A stretch of DNA of 63,840 bases, filler included, from Octopus bimaculoides (taxonomy: Eukaryota): assembly GCF_001194135.2 (NCBI RefSeq). It is 5 parts of 5 records of this genome, joined end to end, with 100 filler letters (N's around TTAATTAATTAA, not from the genome) between each part and the next. Parts side by side here need not be neighbours in the genome. Positions count along the whole stretch, not along the records: positions 33,259 to 44,534 come from NC_068992.1; positions 44,635 to 58,227 come from NC_068986.1; 3 more parts are not named here. The stretch is one strand, 5' to 3'. The notes under the pieces were generated by a model. That model saw nothing but the letters and a program-made list of their open reading frames with translations, made no database searches and was not told where the DNA came from. Below are positions 38,019-52,274 of this stretch, in pieces (the stretch's first letter is position 1; each line of letters opens with the position of its first letter). Position numbers and translations under genes: made by a program.

Positions 38019-38344
38019 GGTGAAGGAGCATGGCTTAGTGGATAGAGTATTCGGCTCGCCAGCGTAAGGTCGAGTGTTCAATTCTTGGTGGTGCGTTATG
38101 TCCATGAGTAAGACATTTTATTTCTCGTTGCTTCACTTCACTCAGCTGGCAAAATTAAGTTGTAACTGTAATTGAAAGGGCCAGCCTTGCCACATTCGGT
38201 GTCCCGCTGAATCTCTTCGAGAACTATGTTAAATGTATGTGTATCCGTAGAGTGCTCAGCCACTTACACGCTAATTTCATGGGCAAACAGTTCCGTTGAT
38301 AGGATCATCTGGAAAACTCGTCGTAGTAACAGACGGAGTGCCAG
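38019..38344 (+). mobile_element. tRNA-derived SINE with a different head/core but the family C tail
   Basis: A-box tggcttagtgg, B-box-like gtgttcaattc; core ccatgagtaagacatttt..gttgcttcacttcactcagctg (Deu-domain-like); tail shared with 58621-59068. Confidence 0.75.
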
Positions 38345-38415
38345 TTAAATGTTATGGATGATATCGTCCATATTGACTGATATCAGAAGGTAATTTTGCT
38401 TTAGAGATAATGAAA

Positions 38416-38474
<59 letters not shown>

Positions 38475-40724
38475 CTATCTAAGTTAAAACACAGGATCAT
38501 GTATGGTTCAGTTCCGTACAATATTTCGTCTTCCCAGTTTTGTCCACATTAAGAGTAGAGGGTATTTTGGATCAGAGTCCTTCAGATTTGGTTTAAAACT
38601 ACATCTAGCTAAAGTTACAAAGATATCTATTTTCCAATCTAGTGGTACGGTTTGGTTAAGACGAAGTCTTAATCCTGCTGTATTAAGTTGGGTTAAGGAA
38701 ATTTTACGTTGTGTCTTACACATGAAATAATTGGCGTTGTTGAAATACCATTTTACTATTGCAAGACTCTTGTGACAAATGTTTGATTACTTGTATTCAT
38801 TTCTTTTGTAAGGCGGTAATAACGAAATGCTAATCACTGTCTGTTTGTCTGTCTCTCTTGCTCTCTCCCCCTCTCTCTCTGGTGACACTAAAATTCTATA
38901 CCAACAAACAAATTAGATTCCAATAATATATGTTAAGTGTCATTAACACGTAGCAATTTGTAAAATAACAAAAATCTTCACGAAGAAAGAATTTGTGGTA
39001 AGCTCCTTTTATCATAAAAAAAAAACACCAGAAAAAAGAGAAGAAAATAATTTGCTTCCTTTTTCGGTTAATGCAGTGGTTGTGGACCTTCTTCAGGACC
39101 ACACCACCCTTTACCAAATGCTGTTGCACAAAGACCATTTGGTGAAAGTGGCATATGGGACTATATTTTAATAACACAGTGTTTAGTTCTTCCTAGTGGT
39201 TTATTATTCATATTTTCAGACAATATCCAATCCAGCATGTGATACATTGTAGATTTTTACATGGATTAGTACCAGTCGAGAACTGGGATCAACGTAATCA
39301 ATTTTGGAAGTAGTTTGTTTGAAAAATACCTTGTGGTTACGATTTAGTTTCGATTTTTGTGTCCTGCATAAAAATTCTGCTCAGGTCATTCATTCCTCAG
39401 TGGTCGATAACATAAAATATTATTTAAGTAAATGGGTGGAATTTTATTATCATAAATCATCCTAGAGGTGACCAATTTTTCTTTAGGCACTTCTAGGTTT
39501 GCAATGGTTGAGCAAGATACGACTGCTATTTCTAGCAGGTTAATCGGTAGTGTATAGAAACTACCTCTCTATCTCATAGAGTTCAAATATATTAGTCTGA
39601 ATCAAGAACTGAAATCCTATTGCAGAATTTGCTTTCGAAACAAATGACTTCAGTACCACTTAGCATCCAAGCAGCAACGCAATACAATTGTTACTAATCC
39701 AAACAGAAAGATTTATTGCTGTTTTATGGAGCTGAAATCCTCTTCCAATTAAAAGCTTTATAATTCGAAATCCTACGACATTCCAGTTTAATATTGTAAC
39801 CTTTAGCTCACTCAAATAAGTGGTACTTGGAAATCCATTTCTTTGAATATTGCTATTCAAATAAACTGAAAGATGTTCGCTTAGCTTATGCGAAACGGTT
39901 GTTGAGTGAACTTTGGCCATGTTTCTTGTTTAATATTAATAGTGATTTTGTTCTACAATATGCCCAGCAGAAAGTTCATGGAAAGTTTCCAGAAGCAAGT
40001 TAAGTTTCTATTATTCTTCCCCGACTCGAAATCAATGTTTATGTTCAGCGAAATTCTTAATTTTTAGATTTATTAATGTTGACAGTTTCATACACGTAGC
40101 TGGAAAGGCTTCCACTTTTGCTCTCCAAGATAATAAAAACAGAACGAAAATATTGAAAGGACGTTAGCTGCATTTGCTGCTGCTATTTTAAGGTTGTGGT
40201 AGATGTCACAAATAGTGAAGTCTGAACAAAGAATAATAATTGTCATACATCAACTAAAGTAATGGTGAACTGACATACCATTTCAGAATCTATTAAATTA
40301 TCTGCTGTATAGAACCCCTTGCTGCTTGATCAAAATTATAAAGTCTCTCAGCGGGATTTCGCTCTATTCTCACAGACTGTAAATTAGCTGTGATGCCAGT
40401 CGGTTTAAAGGACATTTACAATATTTCTATTTCATTTTACCATCATTTTGATTAAGATAAAAGCATTCTAGATTAATGGTAAATGTTGAAAATATTAGTT
40501 ATGCTTGAATATGAAAGACATTGACTTTTGAGCAATTGGAGTGGGAATAAATTAGAAATGAAAATAGTTATTCGTTGTCAGTGCTTTCTTCTATTATAGT
40601 TATAGTTTATGTCCACAGGAGAAAGCAGCGAAAATGCTGATAAAACAAACCATTTATGAACTTTTTCAATTCTGCCGATGCTTGCAGCTGTGGTCCTTTC
40701 CATCATGTCGCAATGGTCGTGGAT

Positions 40725-40820
40725 CTTCGTCTACTTCGACGATGAGGATTCACTTGTTCAGTAAACTAAATTATCTGCTCCCGAATTAGCACGTAATTGG
40801 CTGAGCATTCCACTTTAATC
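40725..40820 (-). mobile_element. Degenerate SINE family C tail
   Basis: ttcgtctacttcgacgatgaggattc..ctgctcccgaattagcacgtaattggctgagcattccac aligns to 52295-52387. Confidence 0.6.
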
Positions 40821-41499
40821 CTTTGGCATTCAAACCGGTCATATCTGTCTCCAATATTCTACCTGTTTTATGTTTAAACTGACAAGATCCAGTCTCTCCC
40901 ACTTACCCTACAATTTCATTCTAATAATAAAAAATTACATAATCAAAATATCAAAACTAAGATAATGAATGATTGACTGAAAACAATGTGAATAAAGAAG
41001 CGTTACGCATGACAGTAATCTGAATGCTAAACGGTAAATGCATTCACAAACACCTTTCTTCACTAAACTGTATTGTTCTCAATATCTAATTTTCAAATAA
41101 CGAAGATATCAGAAAGAATTAACATAATACCATCGCAATTTAACTGCCTTTTCATCTTAAACAATTCACACCAAAACTTACATATACTCCACAAAACTAG
41201 TCTTTTCAGATACAACATTTCAACCCACCTACCTAGCTACCTCAAACAACTTTTCACGTCTCGGGCTGATTAACAATTATTATAACAACACCTGTACATA
41301 TCGATAACGAAAAACAAAAATCGTTTTATAAACAAAAATAGCAACACAATAGTATCTTTCCTATCAAGACATCGACACAACCGAAGCACTCAAGCATTAT
41401 AAGTCTCAGAATAAGGCAACTAACAACTTAAATAACAAAAGATAAATAATGAACATTAAAGAGAGGAAAACCGTGAGACACTGGTAGTCAATATAAACT

Positions 41500-41700
41500 A
41501 TAAAACTAAGAATGATTCATAATACAAAGCAATATTAATTTCAAATTTTGGCACAAGGCCAGACATTTCAGGGGAGGGGTTACTTTGATTTCGAAAAGAA
41601 GAAATACAAAGTCACCATCAGCGGAATTTGAACTAAGAGCGTAAAGACGGACGAAATGCCACTAAACCAACCCAATATCGATTCTGCCAGCCCGGCGCTT
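41500..41700 (-). mobile_element. Degenerate SINE family A
   Basis: ttttggcacaaggccag (tail) and gaatttgaactaagagcgtaaagacggacgaaatgcc..gattctgccagc (head). Confidence 0.7.
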
Positions 41701-42575
41701 TCTCATACAGAGTTATATTAGCAACAAGCGTTTTAGCACATTTCATGCCATAACAGGCTCAAACAATATGCCTTCCCTTTAAAACCAAGAAAATGCACTT
41801 TATTGTACAATTCTTGAAACTCAGCCACCAAAGTCCACACAAAGACAGATACACAAACCGAAAACTGTTAAATTTTTATTTATATATTTGATTAATATAG
41901 ATTTATCCCAATCTCAAACATTTATTTTCATGAGGAGAAAAATCTGTTTTAACACAGGCACAAGGCTAAACACTTTTTTCAAAAGGAAAAACTCAAACTG
42001 ACTCTAGTAATTAAGCGGTAATTTATCAACGTCGAAATGATGGAAAGCAAATTCGATACACTTCAGCAGAATTGTATGATAGAATGTAAAAATGTGTAAC
42101 TAAATGCTACAATACATCAAAACCGATTCTTACCTATTCACTTTAATTGTAAATGTGAGTTTGTTTCATTGATTTCGATAGTGTGGAATATATTAAATTC
42201 CAAGAATGGCTCATTTCCTAAGAAAAAAATCATTAAATTTCTAATATGGCTCTAAGTTTCTTTTGAAATGTAGTTGTACTATTGCATGAAACAAACCCGA
42301 GAGATGTTACAGCTCTACTTCATATAACATTTGAGAGCCAAACTGGTTTATATGAGTTTAACATTTTAAAAACCAATATGTCGTTTTTATTGGGCAACAT
42401 CTTAAATGTCACTTAAAGGTAATACGAGTTGTAAAGTAAGAGAAAAAATTATAAAAAGAGCAATCATAACATTACATATAGGCCATTCTTGCATAACTTA
42501 TGTTATATTTTAGGCTAAAAATGAAAGTTATAAATTTATCTCAATTTTGAAACAATATATATATATATATCTATA

Positions 42576-42613
<38 letters not shown>

Positions 42614-44485
42614 GCCACACACACATATATATATATTTATGTATGTGTGTGAGTATATCTATTAAAAGGAGAAACGTGACAAAGTTTCTGAATGTATCGA
42701 AATTAAGTGATACAAATGTGAATCATTGCAATATAGAATCAAGTCATTGTGTTTTTTGTAGAATAAAGATGTAGGCTGTGAAAAAGACTGAAAAAGATAA
42801 CATTTTCTTACTTTTGAAAACAAATCCAAATCTAAAATAAATTGTTTTCTTGTGTTTCTATATTTATATGTTCTCTGAAACTCTGAAGGTCATCATACAC
42901 AAAAAAGTAAGTTTTCTTAAAATTGTTGACCTGAAGACCTATTTCAAACCTTTTTAAATATTGCGTTCTCCTTGAAGAATAAAAATCAAAATCATTTCAA
43001 GCAGAAAATGACATTTGCAATTTTAGCTTGTAACTACCAATGTGGAATGCAGCACATGCTTTCTGTTCATTCCATTTCAGTAAGGAATTAAAACAATGTA
43101 TACATTAAAATGAATATTTGATACAAAAAGCTTTCAGCAAACTGGAAATTGTGGAATTATTAACAGTAAAATGTTCTAAGTAGCATTCTTTAAAAGAATA
43201 AAAATAGCAATAAAAAATCAGGAAGTTTCACACATGAAAAATGTTAATGTTTGTGAAAATAATAATCATTTAAGGTTTAGTGTAAAAGAAAAAAATATCA
43301 CGTGCTAAGCTTAACATTTAGAAATTATGAAATAATTTATCAAAACTATTCTTTATAATAAACCTTGAAACTTTAGGTTTATATTTTTGTGGAGTAATTG
43401 CGTTGTGCATATTATTATTTCGTCCTCTAACACGTATTGTATTTGTGTAAGAGAACAGGTGCCGATTGGAATGAACTCGTAGTGTAAAAATATTTGTTAA
43501 TACGTGTCATACATTGAAAACCGAGACATGTCGTGCCAAACCTGACCATATCCCATAGAGACAAAGATATTGGAAAATTCTCTAGTACTGGCATACATTT
43601 ATTATTTTCTCCGAAAGCACAATGGTAAAATACAAGAAAAACAACCTTGTACTGCACACCTAGCTATGATGTTAGAAAGACCAGAAATGCAACATTAAAA
43701 ATATATGGGTCGAATGAAAGAGGATTATGGAAAAATTGTACATGATATGAAATCTAAAAACTCAACATAAAATATTCTCTAAAGCTTTTTCACAATCTGC
43801 TGGAGTGGCTCTGCTCCAGATATATTTAGGCTACCAGCACTTAAATAAGCAGAAATAATTGAAATTACTCATTGCTTATTTTGCTTCTCCTTACACATCA
43901 TCTTTTGATAATTCAAAATTGAAGCTTAAAAATGATCAAATTAGACATTTGTGTGGGAGAAAAATGATTTGGAATCCAACAGAGAAAAAGAAAAGAATTT
44001 CGATGTTAAACACCAAAACCTATCCAGATATTTTATTAGCAACCACAATTAAAAAGGGGTCAAATTTATGGAAAAAATTCTTCAATAAGAAGTACCTGTT
44101 ACCTGATTATGTCTTAAACTCTCTCAACTTCAACGGCATCAACAACAACAACAACAACAACAAAATGCCACCACACTTTAGCCTTATGTTATAACAAGGC
44201 GTTAAATAAAATCTCTTTTGTTCTGCTTTCGGATTTACACCCAGTAAATGATTCAAAATTATATAATATATAAAGAAAATCGGAAGATAAATCATGTCTA
44301 ATATTTGATTGGAATTTGGATATACATATATTGTCTTGAAGTTCAATTCACTGTTTCACCGTTATGCTATCACATTCGAAATATCAATTTATCATGCATA
44401 CACATACGTACGTACGTACGTACGTACGTACCTACCTACCTACCTACCTACCTACCTATATACATACATACATACATACATACAT

Positions 44486-44534
<49 letters not shown>

Positions 44535-44634
44535 NNNNNNNNNNNNNNNNNNNNNNNNNNNNNNNNNNNNNNNNNNNNTTAATTAATTAANNNNNNNNNN
44601 NNNNNNNNNNNNNNNNNNNNNNNNNNNNNNNNNN

Positions 44635-44672
<38 letters not shown>

Positions 44673-44847
44673 CTGGTAGCTGTACTTGATTTCAGCGCAA
44701 AAATAATCAGTTGTGGCGCAAACTTCAAAACGATAGGTCGGGGGTATCATGATAACGTGTGCTGAAGAAGGTAAGGCAATTTTTTTGCCAGTGCAGAAAC
44801 CGGTCCATGTCAGGTAGACATAGTATGTCTTTTGATTGATTTTACAC

Positions 44848-44886
<39 letters not shown>

Positions 44887-45756
44887 GTAATAATATACAA
44901 TTATATATAAGTGTATCCACGTATATTTATATCTCTGTGTGTATGCATGTGTATATAGATATATCTAGAGAAAAATGTATATTCACACACACGCACGCAC
45001 AAGCACACACACACACACACACATACACACATCGATAGTTATAAAACCATTGACAGTATGATCATCTGCATTGCTTTCATTAATTTCTGCTCTTTGGTAT
45101 CCTCATCCAATATTTCATTAAGTCAGTATGTTGTGGTGTGAGAGAATCTCCCAACATGTTGGAGGACGACATTGTGTCTCGGAGAGTGGGTAACTAAGAT
45201 ACGCTTGCTGTTATTGTTGTTGTTATTGTTGTTGTTACTGGTATTCTTATTTTTACTGTTGTCCGTCGTTCTCGTCGCTTTACTCGATCCTTAACTTTGA
45301 TGAAACAAATCTAATAAAATCTACCATTCCTGCTTAACCAATCCGTCTTTGGTTTTGATTATTCATTGTGTTGTATCTATCAATGTTTTAATTCTATAGT
45401 ATGAGTAACGTAGGTTATTTGACTGCTATTTCTTGCAGACCAAGTGAACGAATAGAGTGGCTGGTTCTATTTTAATTCTTTGAATACATTTAGAGCCACA
45501 AATGTATCTAAAATCGCCAGTCTATAATGGTGGAAGAAAACATTCAGTTCAGATTGTGTAATATTATACCTCCTTAAATAAAACGAGATGTCAGAGGCTG
45601 AAATAAATTTAATCATTAATCAGATAGGTCGAACCCATCTAGTGACTAAAAAAAAANNNNNNNNNNNNNNNNNNNNNNNNNNNNNNNNNNNNNNNNNNNN
45701 NNNNNNNNNNNNNNNNNNNNNNNNNNNNNNNNNNNNNNNNNNNNNNNNNNNNNNNN

Positions 45757-45800
<44 letters not shown>

Positions 45801-48800
45801 GTTGGAGAATAAAAAGAAGTAACTATGGATAAGCAAACTTTTATTGCCTGACATTTTCTATTTGAATCAGAATAAAGAAGATGTCTGTTTGAAGTAGTGA
45901 ACTTCTAGATTGCCATGTGTCTTTGAATCTGTACAAATTGAGGAGAATACAAGTAGAACTATGATTGTAATAAAAATAGTATGACGACCACGGTCAGTCT
46001 TCGGCGTGTTACAGGTACGACGTTTATGCTGATACTTAATACGTCAAGGTGAGAAATGAAGGGGTTAATTGCTTTCTCGAGAAACTGACAAAAAAAACTC
46101 TGTATTTTGGTTTATAAAAAAGGAAATAATCAAAAGAGAAAACATATATTAGTAGATGTAAAACGTCACCGTAGAATGACCGCAAAAAAGTAGACCTGTT
46201 CATTTAATGATAGGTCTGCCAGGGATAATTGGAAGTTAAAATAGCGTTAGTAAATAACAGGAAAATTTAGCTAACTCTTTATTGACACAGAAAGAGTTCT
46301 TTGTTATTTCATAGGAAATTTCTTGTTTTGATTCCTAACGAAATCACAAGGATAGTAGTGTGTTTTGTATTTTAAGACCAGTTTCGCAGAAAGTCACATC
46401 GGTAACGAGATTTCCATTCCCCGTATTCTCATTCTTTCAAACCATAGTACTTCATTTTTGTCCCTAACTAACCATTCAGAGAAATATATATTTACAAGTC
46501 AATGTAGAAACTTATATCTACGCTGTTATAAGATTCGTTGGCGATAGCAAGCAAATCTCTCTCAAATAACACCCAAGTATTTTTAAAAGGAAAAAACACA
46601 TTAGATAATGTAGTTTTGGATACTATAAATACCACTACCATATGCTATATAGATGTATATAAAGGGATGTTTGTGTTTGTCCTGTATTCAAGTTTCCTAA
46701 GCATACATATCTACGTCAACGAAATATGACATAATGGAAAACTGAACCAAACACACACACACACACATGCATATATATATTTATATTTGTATTCATATAT
46801 AACTTCCATAATATGTTGAGTGATTTCTTTCATTCGTTCGTGCACCTAGATATATATGCATGTGGAAGAGCGTGAGTCTGTGATCATGTGTGTGCGCGAG
46901 CGCGCGCGTGTATGTATGTGTGTGTGTGTGTAATTGGTCGGATTTCTAGGCAACATGTAGTTCACTATAACTTGTTGCATGATCGAGTCGTCGGCGACTA
47001 AACCTACCGCTCCATCAATCTTGCTAGGTGAGGAAGGTAATCTTGGACATCCGGTTGGTAATTAAGACCTGTCAAAAGGCGGATGAAGTCAGTGTGGTCA
47101 ATGTCCTCCCAATAATGGCTACATAAGTTTACTAAATATCTGTGTGCACGTTTAGCAATATGTTTGCATTTCATTCAAATGAGGCATGGCAGAAATTATT
47201 AATCTTCCATTCTACTGATACGAAGTTGGCAGCAGCAGACCAAAGGAGACAACTGTGGAGAAGGCAGCATACCATTGTGCTGTGCTGGAAGATATGATGC
47301 AGGAAAAATATCTGTGATACTTTATGGCCTGGGCACACAAATTAGAGAGTACTGCAACGTCTGGAGATCACATTCAGTTACTTCTGCATTCTCTTGCAGT
47401 CTCATACACGTTCAGCTGCTTTGACTTCATCTTACAACGAGGCATATTGTATGAGAACAAAACGGTGACTCTGATGTGGGCGCAGCTCCTTCTCACTTAA
47501 AAAATTTCACTAATCGAACTTGTATCTAGCGAACAAGACTACGCGGTACATAAATGACAGATACCCAACTAATAATTAATCTCGTAATGGCAGCTGAAAT
47601 ATTCTGCACATTTGCGGAAATATAAAGCACACCCTTTAAACGCATGAAAGTTGTCTTACAGACGTGATTCTCTGGCCACCACCATGTGACAGCATCCTTG
47701 ATTGAAGTGTTCTTTATTAATTATTGATGACTGAAATTTCTGGGAGCCGCAGACAGAAGACCTTTCTCTGTAGCTGTTGAAATATCACACATTTGCGACA
47801 ATGAAATAGCGACACTTCGGTAGTGTCGGAGGCACGAAAGGTGCAATATAGGCGAGGACAGCCGTGGTTCTCCGACGCCTTTGTATGGATACGTCTCCTG
47901 TCAAAGAGCTTGGTGTTTGAACTCATTGTTTTCATTAATCATCATAGGACGAAAATAATCACTTTTGGTGTCTTACTCTTCTTTCTTTCTTATATTTATT
48001 TGGCAATTACTAGACCAACGTGATATTTGACGAACGAGCTTCATATGCATGTTTGTGTGCGCGTGCGTATGTGTATACATGCGAGGAGTGTCACAAGCCA
48101 ACAAAGGAATCAATAAGCAGCCACTCTACCGACTAGAAAGAGCAAAGTTCTCTCAAATCACACCCTACTCTTTTGAAAGTGGAAGCACACATTGAACAAT
48201 GTACTATTAGATTGGTTCTTTGTCATGCAAAATCGAGTTATCACGGATATAATAGGTTTAGTTCTTGGGCTAAATAGCCATATGGTTCTTTATATATAAT
48301 ATTTTATTTGAGCCACTATGTCTTGCAAAAGAAGGAAAATCACATTAGATAATACACATTTTAAAAGATGGGAAGATCATTGAAGCAGTATTATCATTGG
48401 GGGTCTGTCTAATCAAGCAATAATGACAGACTATCAAAATGGATGATCGTTCTGCTAAAAATAGCAGTTACCTCCCCTCAAATCAAACCCTACTGGCTTG
48501 AAAACTGTATTGAATGATGTAGACTGTGCTTTGTTCTTGAAGGCAAAACAGTTTGGCTACGATTGGACGATCTATGACTTATCAACAACAAGGAAAGATA
48601 CACGAGATAATGTAGATACACAACGTCAAAGCAAACGATGGAATAGTTACGTCTGAAACGTCTTTCGTCATACTTCTTCTTGATAAGGATTTTGTACCAA
48701 CCTGTCTTCTGCTGTCGAGGCAGACCCAGGATCTCGGGTCGCACACGGTTCTTTAAGTGACGGTTGTGACTCTTGCGTAAAATTTTGAATTATATTCTTG

Positions 48801-49297
48801 TATAGAGAGGTGGCTGTCAATGATTACATAATATTCAAGACATGTATCAGGATTAAATTAGCGTTTTCATTAGAAGAGTGCAACCTCATAAATTGGTGTC
48901 CGCTTAATTGCAAAGATGTCTACTTAATTGCGATGGTATCTGCTTAATTGTGCGAATATGCTTTAGCATGATTTTAAAGAACAATTGCACAACCATTATC
49001 TGTTTCTTCCAGCATTGTTTGGAGCGAGGAGTGGAATGAGGTATGGGTAATACAGAGATAGAGCTGGTTAATGTGACAGGTAGTAAGAGGAAGTGTTCAC
49101 CGTTTAGTGGCAGTTAACTAGCGACGAGTACATGGTTGGAAGCAGAAAAAGCATGTGATGCGAAGAAAAGTACATTGTTAATCATGTTGGGAAATTCATT
49201 TAACATTAATTTACAATTGACAGCCGGTCGGATAGACTGCTTTTAATAGACATTCAAATGTCAGCCACTTCTCATTTTTAGCTCATTTAGATGTGTG

Positions 49298-49336
<39 letters not shown>

Positions 49337-49426
49337 ATTCTCTTAGATAAATTTATATACTTTTTTGTTTAAGAAATTATAGTTTCAAAATTGCTCAATT
49401 AATCTGCTTTTATTAAAGAGCGCTCA

Positions 49427-49635
49427 AGGCGGCTAGTTGGCAAAGTTATTGCCGCGTCGTGACAAATGCTTAGCGGCGTTTCCTCCGACTTTACGTTCTG
49501 AGTTCAAACGCCGGCGGGTTCTACTTTACCTTTTATCCTTTCGGGGTCGATAAAATAAGTACCAGTTAAACACTGAGGTCGATCTAATCGACTTATCCGC
49601 TCCCCGGAATTGCTGGCCTTGTGCCAAAATCTGAG
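49427..49635 (+). mobile_element. Near full-length SINE family A
   Basis: Head, B-box gagttcaaacgcc, core cctttcggggtcgataaaataagtaccagt, tail gctggccttgtgccaaaa. Confidence 0.85.
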
Positions 49636-50639
49636 CCATTATTAAAGGGCGTTTTTAGGAATTTCCACTTTTCGATGCAACTAAATGAAAGATACGATGG
49701 CGGCTAATCGCTCAGTGAAGAAAATAGAAGTTGAATAATGTGCATTGAATAAGATTTATATTATTAGTTTCTTATGTGTTTTACAATCAAATAGAAAAGT
49801 GTCTCATCTGTTATAAAACTGTAAGAACTTTGATAAAACCATCATGAAACACAGTATAAATACTATATGTTGTTGCAAGGGAATGTACAGTCAAAAAATA
49901 TATATGATCTGTAAAATCCGTCTCGGCTATGAAAGAAGGGACATAATGTGTATGTACCAGCTATGAAATCGTCAAATATAAATGCAATACGAGAGCAACA
50001 TTTACGGATGACAATTTATCGAAAAAATCTTGCTCAACCTAGTTAGAAGACATTGATAATAGACCTTCTTAATCAGAGCTGACCTAAACAACACTATAAA
50101 GGGTTATATACCGTAAATATCTGATATATAGAAGATATATACTGCAGTACATTATTCAGGATTTCATATTTTTGTCCATAAACAACCTTCAAATGGGGAT
50201 AATTGGTGGAACACCAGCCTCGCCTAGTCGATGATTCGTCGTTTTGTTCACTACCTGTTAATCTTGCGTGCGGAATCATGGTCTACAAACATGCGGTTGT
50301 TTTCTGCTGTCACACCAATATCTATAATACCTTATATTTGTTAACTGTGGAGTTCTGATGATAGATTAAACGATGCACAGATTAGAGCTCACTGCTGTCA
50401 CATTAGCATCTAATAACACTTTATGTTACGCGTATACGTATAAACAAACAAGCAAAAAACTATCAGTCATACTCGCTAATCTTTCTAAATCAAAGACGAA
50501 ATGATGAAAAAATAACAATGGAATTTCTATAGTTATTTAATTATAAGTTTAGACGGGAAAGAAAATGTGGGATTAACTGACCCCAATACTTAGCTGCTAC
50601 ATTATTTTACCGTTCATATACACACACACATACTGTCTT

Positions 50640-51209
50640 GTCTCTCATCCTTTCTCTAATTCCCTTTTTTCTTCTCCTTCTCCGTTTTCTATCTGTCTCT
50701 TTCTCTCTCTCCCTCTATCTCCGTTTCCCCCTCTCGCTGCTCACACGTGATCATTGTCCATCTTTCTCTTCCTCACGTAATCTTTTCTTTCGTCTCTGTC
50801 TTAAAGACAGCACGTATCCTATCTCTCTCTTCTATCTTTTCTCTTGTCAAAGAAAATATTTCTCCAGCGTTCGCTATTTTTACCCTCGTTCTGGTCTAAC
50901 GACCTTCCATGTTTGTTTTCGTTCTGTTTCCTTGTATGTCTTCACTGTCCTGTTTTTGTTCCCAACTTTGACCCTCCATAAATCCCAAATTTTAATTTGG
51001 TACTTATGGGAGCAACTATCTTCGAAAACTCATATTATCGTTCAATGCTCGAAATGGGTAGTAGATAGACAGCTGACAACTGATGAAGGGTCGTTCTTTA
51101 TGTTACTTTCCTGTTTTCCATTTGTTTCTCTTGTTGTTTGCGTATTGAAATCATTTGCTTTCGTATTTCATGTTGTTTACGGTTGGCGACGCCCAGTACC
51201 CATATATGC

Positions 51210-51210
<1 letters not shown>
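50640..51210 (+). mobile_element. Possible Penelope-type 3' end remnant
   Basis: Long pyrimidine-rich tract then CTCGAAAT (51048-51055) and CTGATGAAGGG (51080-51090); stems not convincingly reconstructable. Confidence 0.35.
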
Positions 51211-51247
<37 letters not shown>

Positions 51248-51635
51248 CCAAGTGGCTATCTGTTTTCCTATGTGTTCGTTCCGTGGTCTGTAGTTCATTT
51301 TTCTAACGTCCTGTAACCTGATATGCATCTATATACACATGTAGATGTAAGTATGTACATATATGTGTGTATACATGCATATATATTCTTTGCTGGTTTA
51401 TATTTGTTTTTACTGTATGTGTGAAATGAATAGAAAATAGTTTGTATGTGTAAATGTATTGTTATGCATTCAGAACTATATAATTCAATGTATCCTTCAT
51501 TGCTAAAAAAATACCAGAGCGTGATGCTAAAGAGATTTAGCTATTAATTATACCCACCTTGTAAGAACCTCTTCGTAGTTACTTTTTTTGTGTAACAGCA
51601 TCCTAATGCAAAGTGTTCCCAATCACAATTCTATT

Positions 51636-51720
51636 CTAACCCTAATCTTAATGTTAACCCTGAACTTAATCCTAAACCTATCCTTCACCTTAATCCCATC
51701 CCAATTCCTAATCCTAATCT
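51636..51720. repeat. Degenerate (CCCTAA)n telomere-like interstitial tract
   Basis: ctaaccctaatcttaatgttaaccctgaacttaatcctaaacc...cctaatcctaatc, 6-nt periodicity. Confidence 0.6.
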
Positions 51721-52047
51721 GTTTCACTGACCTCATTTCTTAATTCCACATGTAAGTGCTATATTTCATTTTTCTCAGTGTTCTCACTTCTCACTTTTAC
51801 AGAGAAGAAAAAACAATAATAGAAAAGATATCATTCAAGTATCCTTGTGTAGTATTTACTTATAATTCTTTATGCTCCAAGTTCAAATCCCACCACTCTG
51901 GTAGCTTCTGGGAATTGGTAAAAGAATGTACTTGTTGCAAACTGGAATCGATTTCTTCCATTTCATTAATTGTTCTTCCTTAAAGTGTGTGACTTTGTGC
52001 ATATCTGTCAATGTCGTATTATTATTTGTATATACATAGTTAGAGTG

Positions 52048-52245
52048 CTGAACTGACAAAATCGTTAGCGAATCGGAAAACTTACTTTAGCATATTTGTT
52101 CAGAATAAAGACTTTGTGATAAAACCCCATCGAGATCAACTTTCTTTTCCATTCCTCCGGAGTCGATAAAATAAAGTACCAACAAAGTGCCGGTCATTTA
52201 ATCGACTCACCCAATCCATAGAAAATTGCTGGCTTTGTGCCTTAA
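52048..52245 (+). mobile_element. Degenerate SINE family A
   Basis: aaatcgttagc..gtcgataaaataaagtacc..aattgctggctttgtgcc. Confidence 0.65.
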
Positions 52246-52274
52246 TTAAAAATAAAATGATACATTCAGTAAAT

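Noticed and set aside
38503-38730. ORFs on both strands; LDWKIDI resembles the COMM-domain LDWR motif
   Set aside because: Rest of the domain does not match and there is no good donor site.
39060-39300. Several exon-like readings (GPHHPLPNAVAQRPFG; FTKWSLCNSI; NPCKNLQCITC)
   Set aside because: Mutually exclusive frames and strands, none giving a consistent spliced ORF.
40688-40760. Exon-like AVVLSIMSQWSWIFVYFDDEDSLVQ resembling a glutamate-receptor amino-terminal segment
   Set aside because: Its second half is a degenerate SINE C tail in reverse orientation, which explains the acidic motif.
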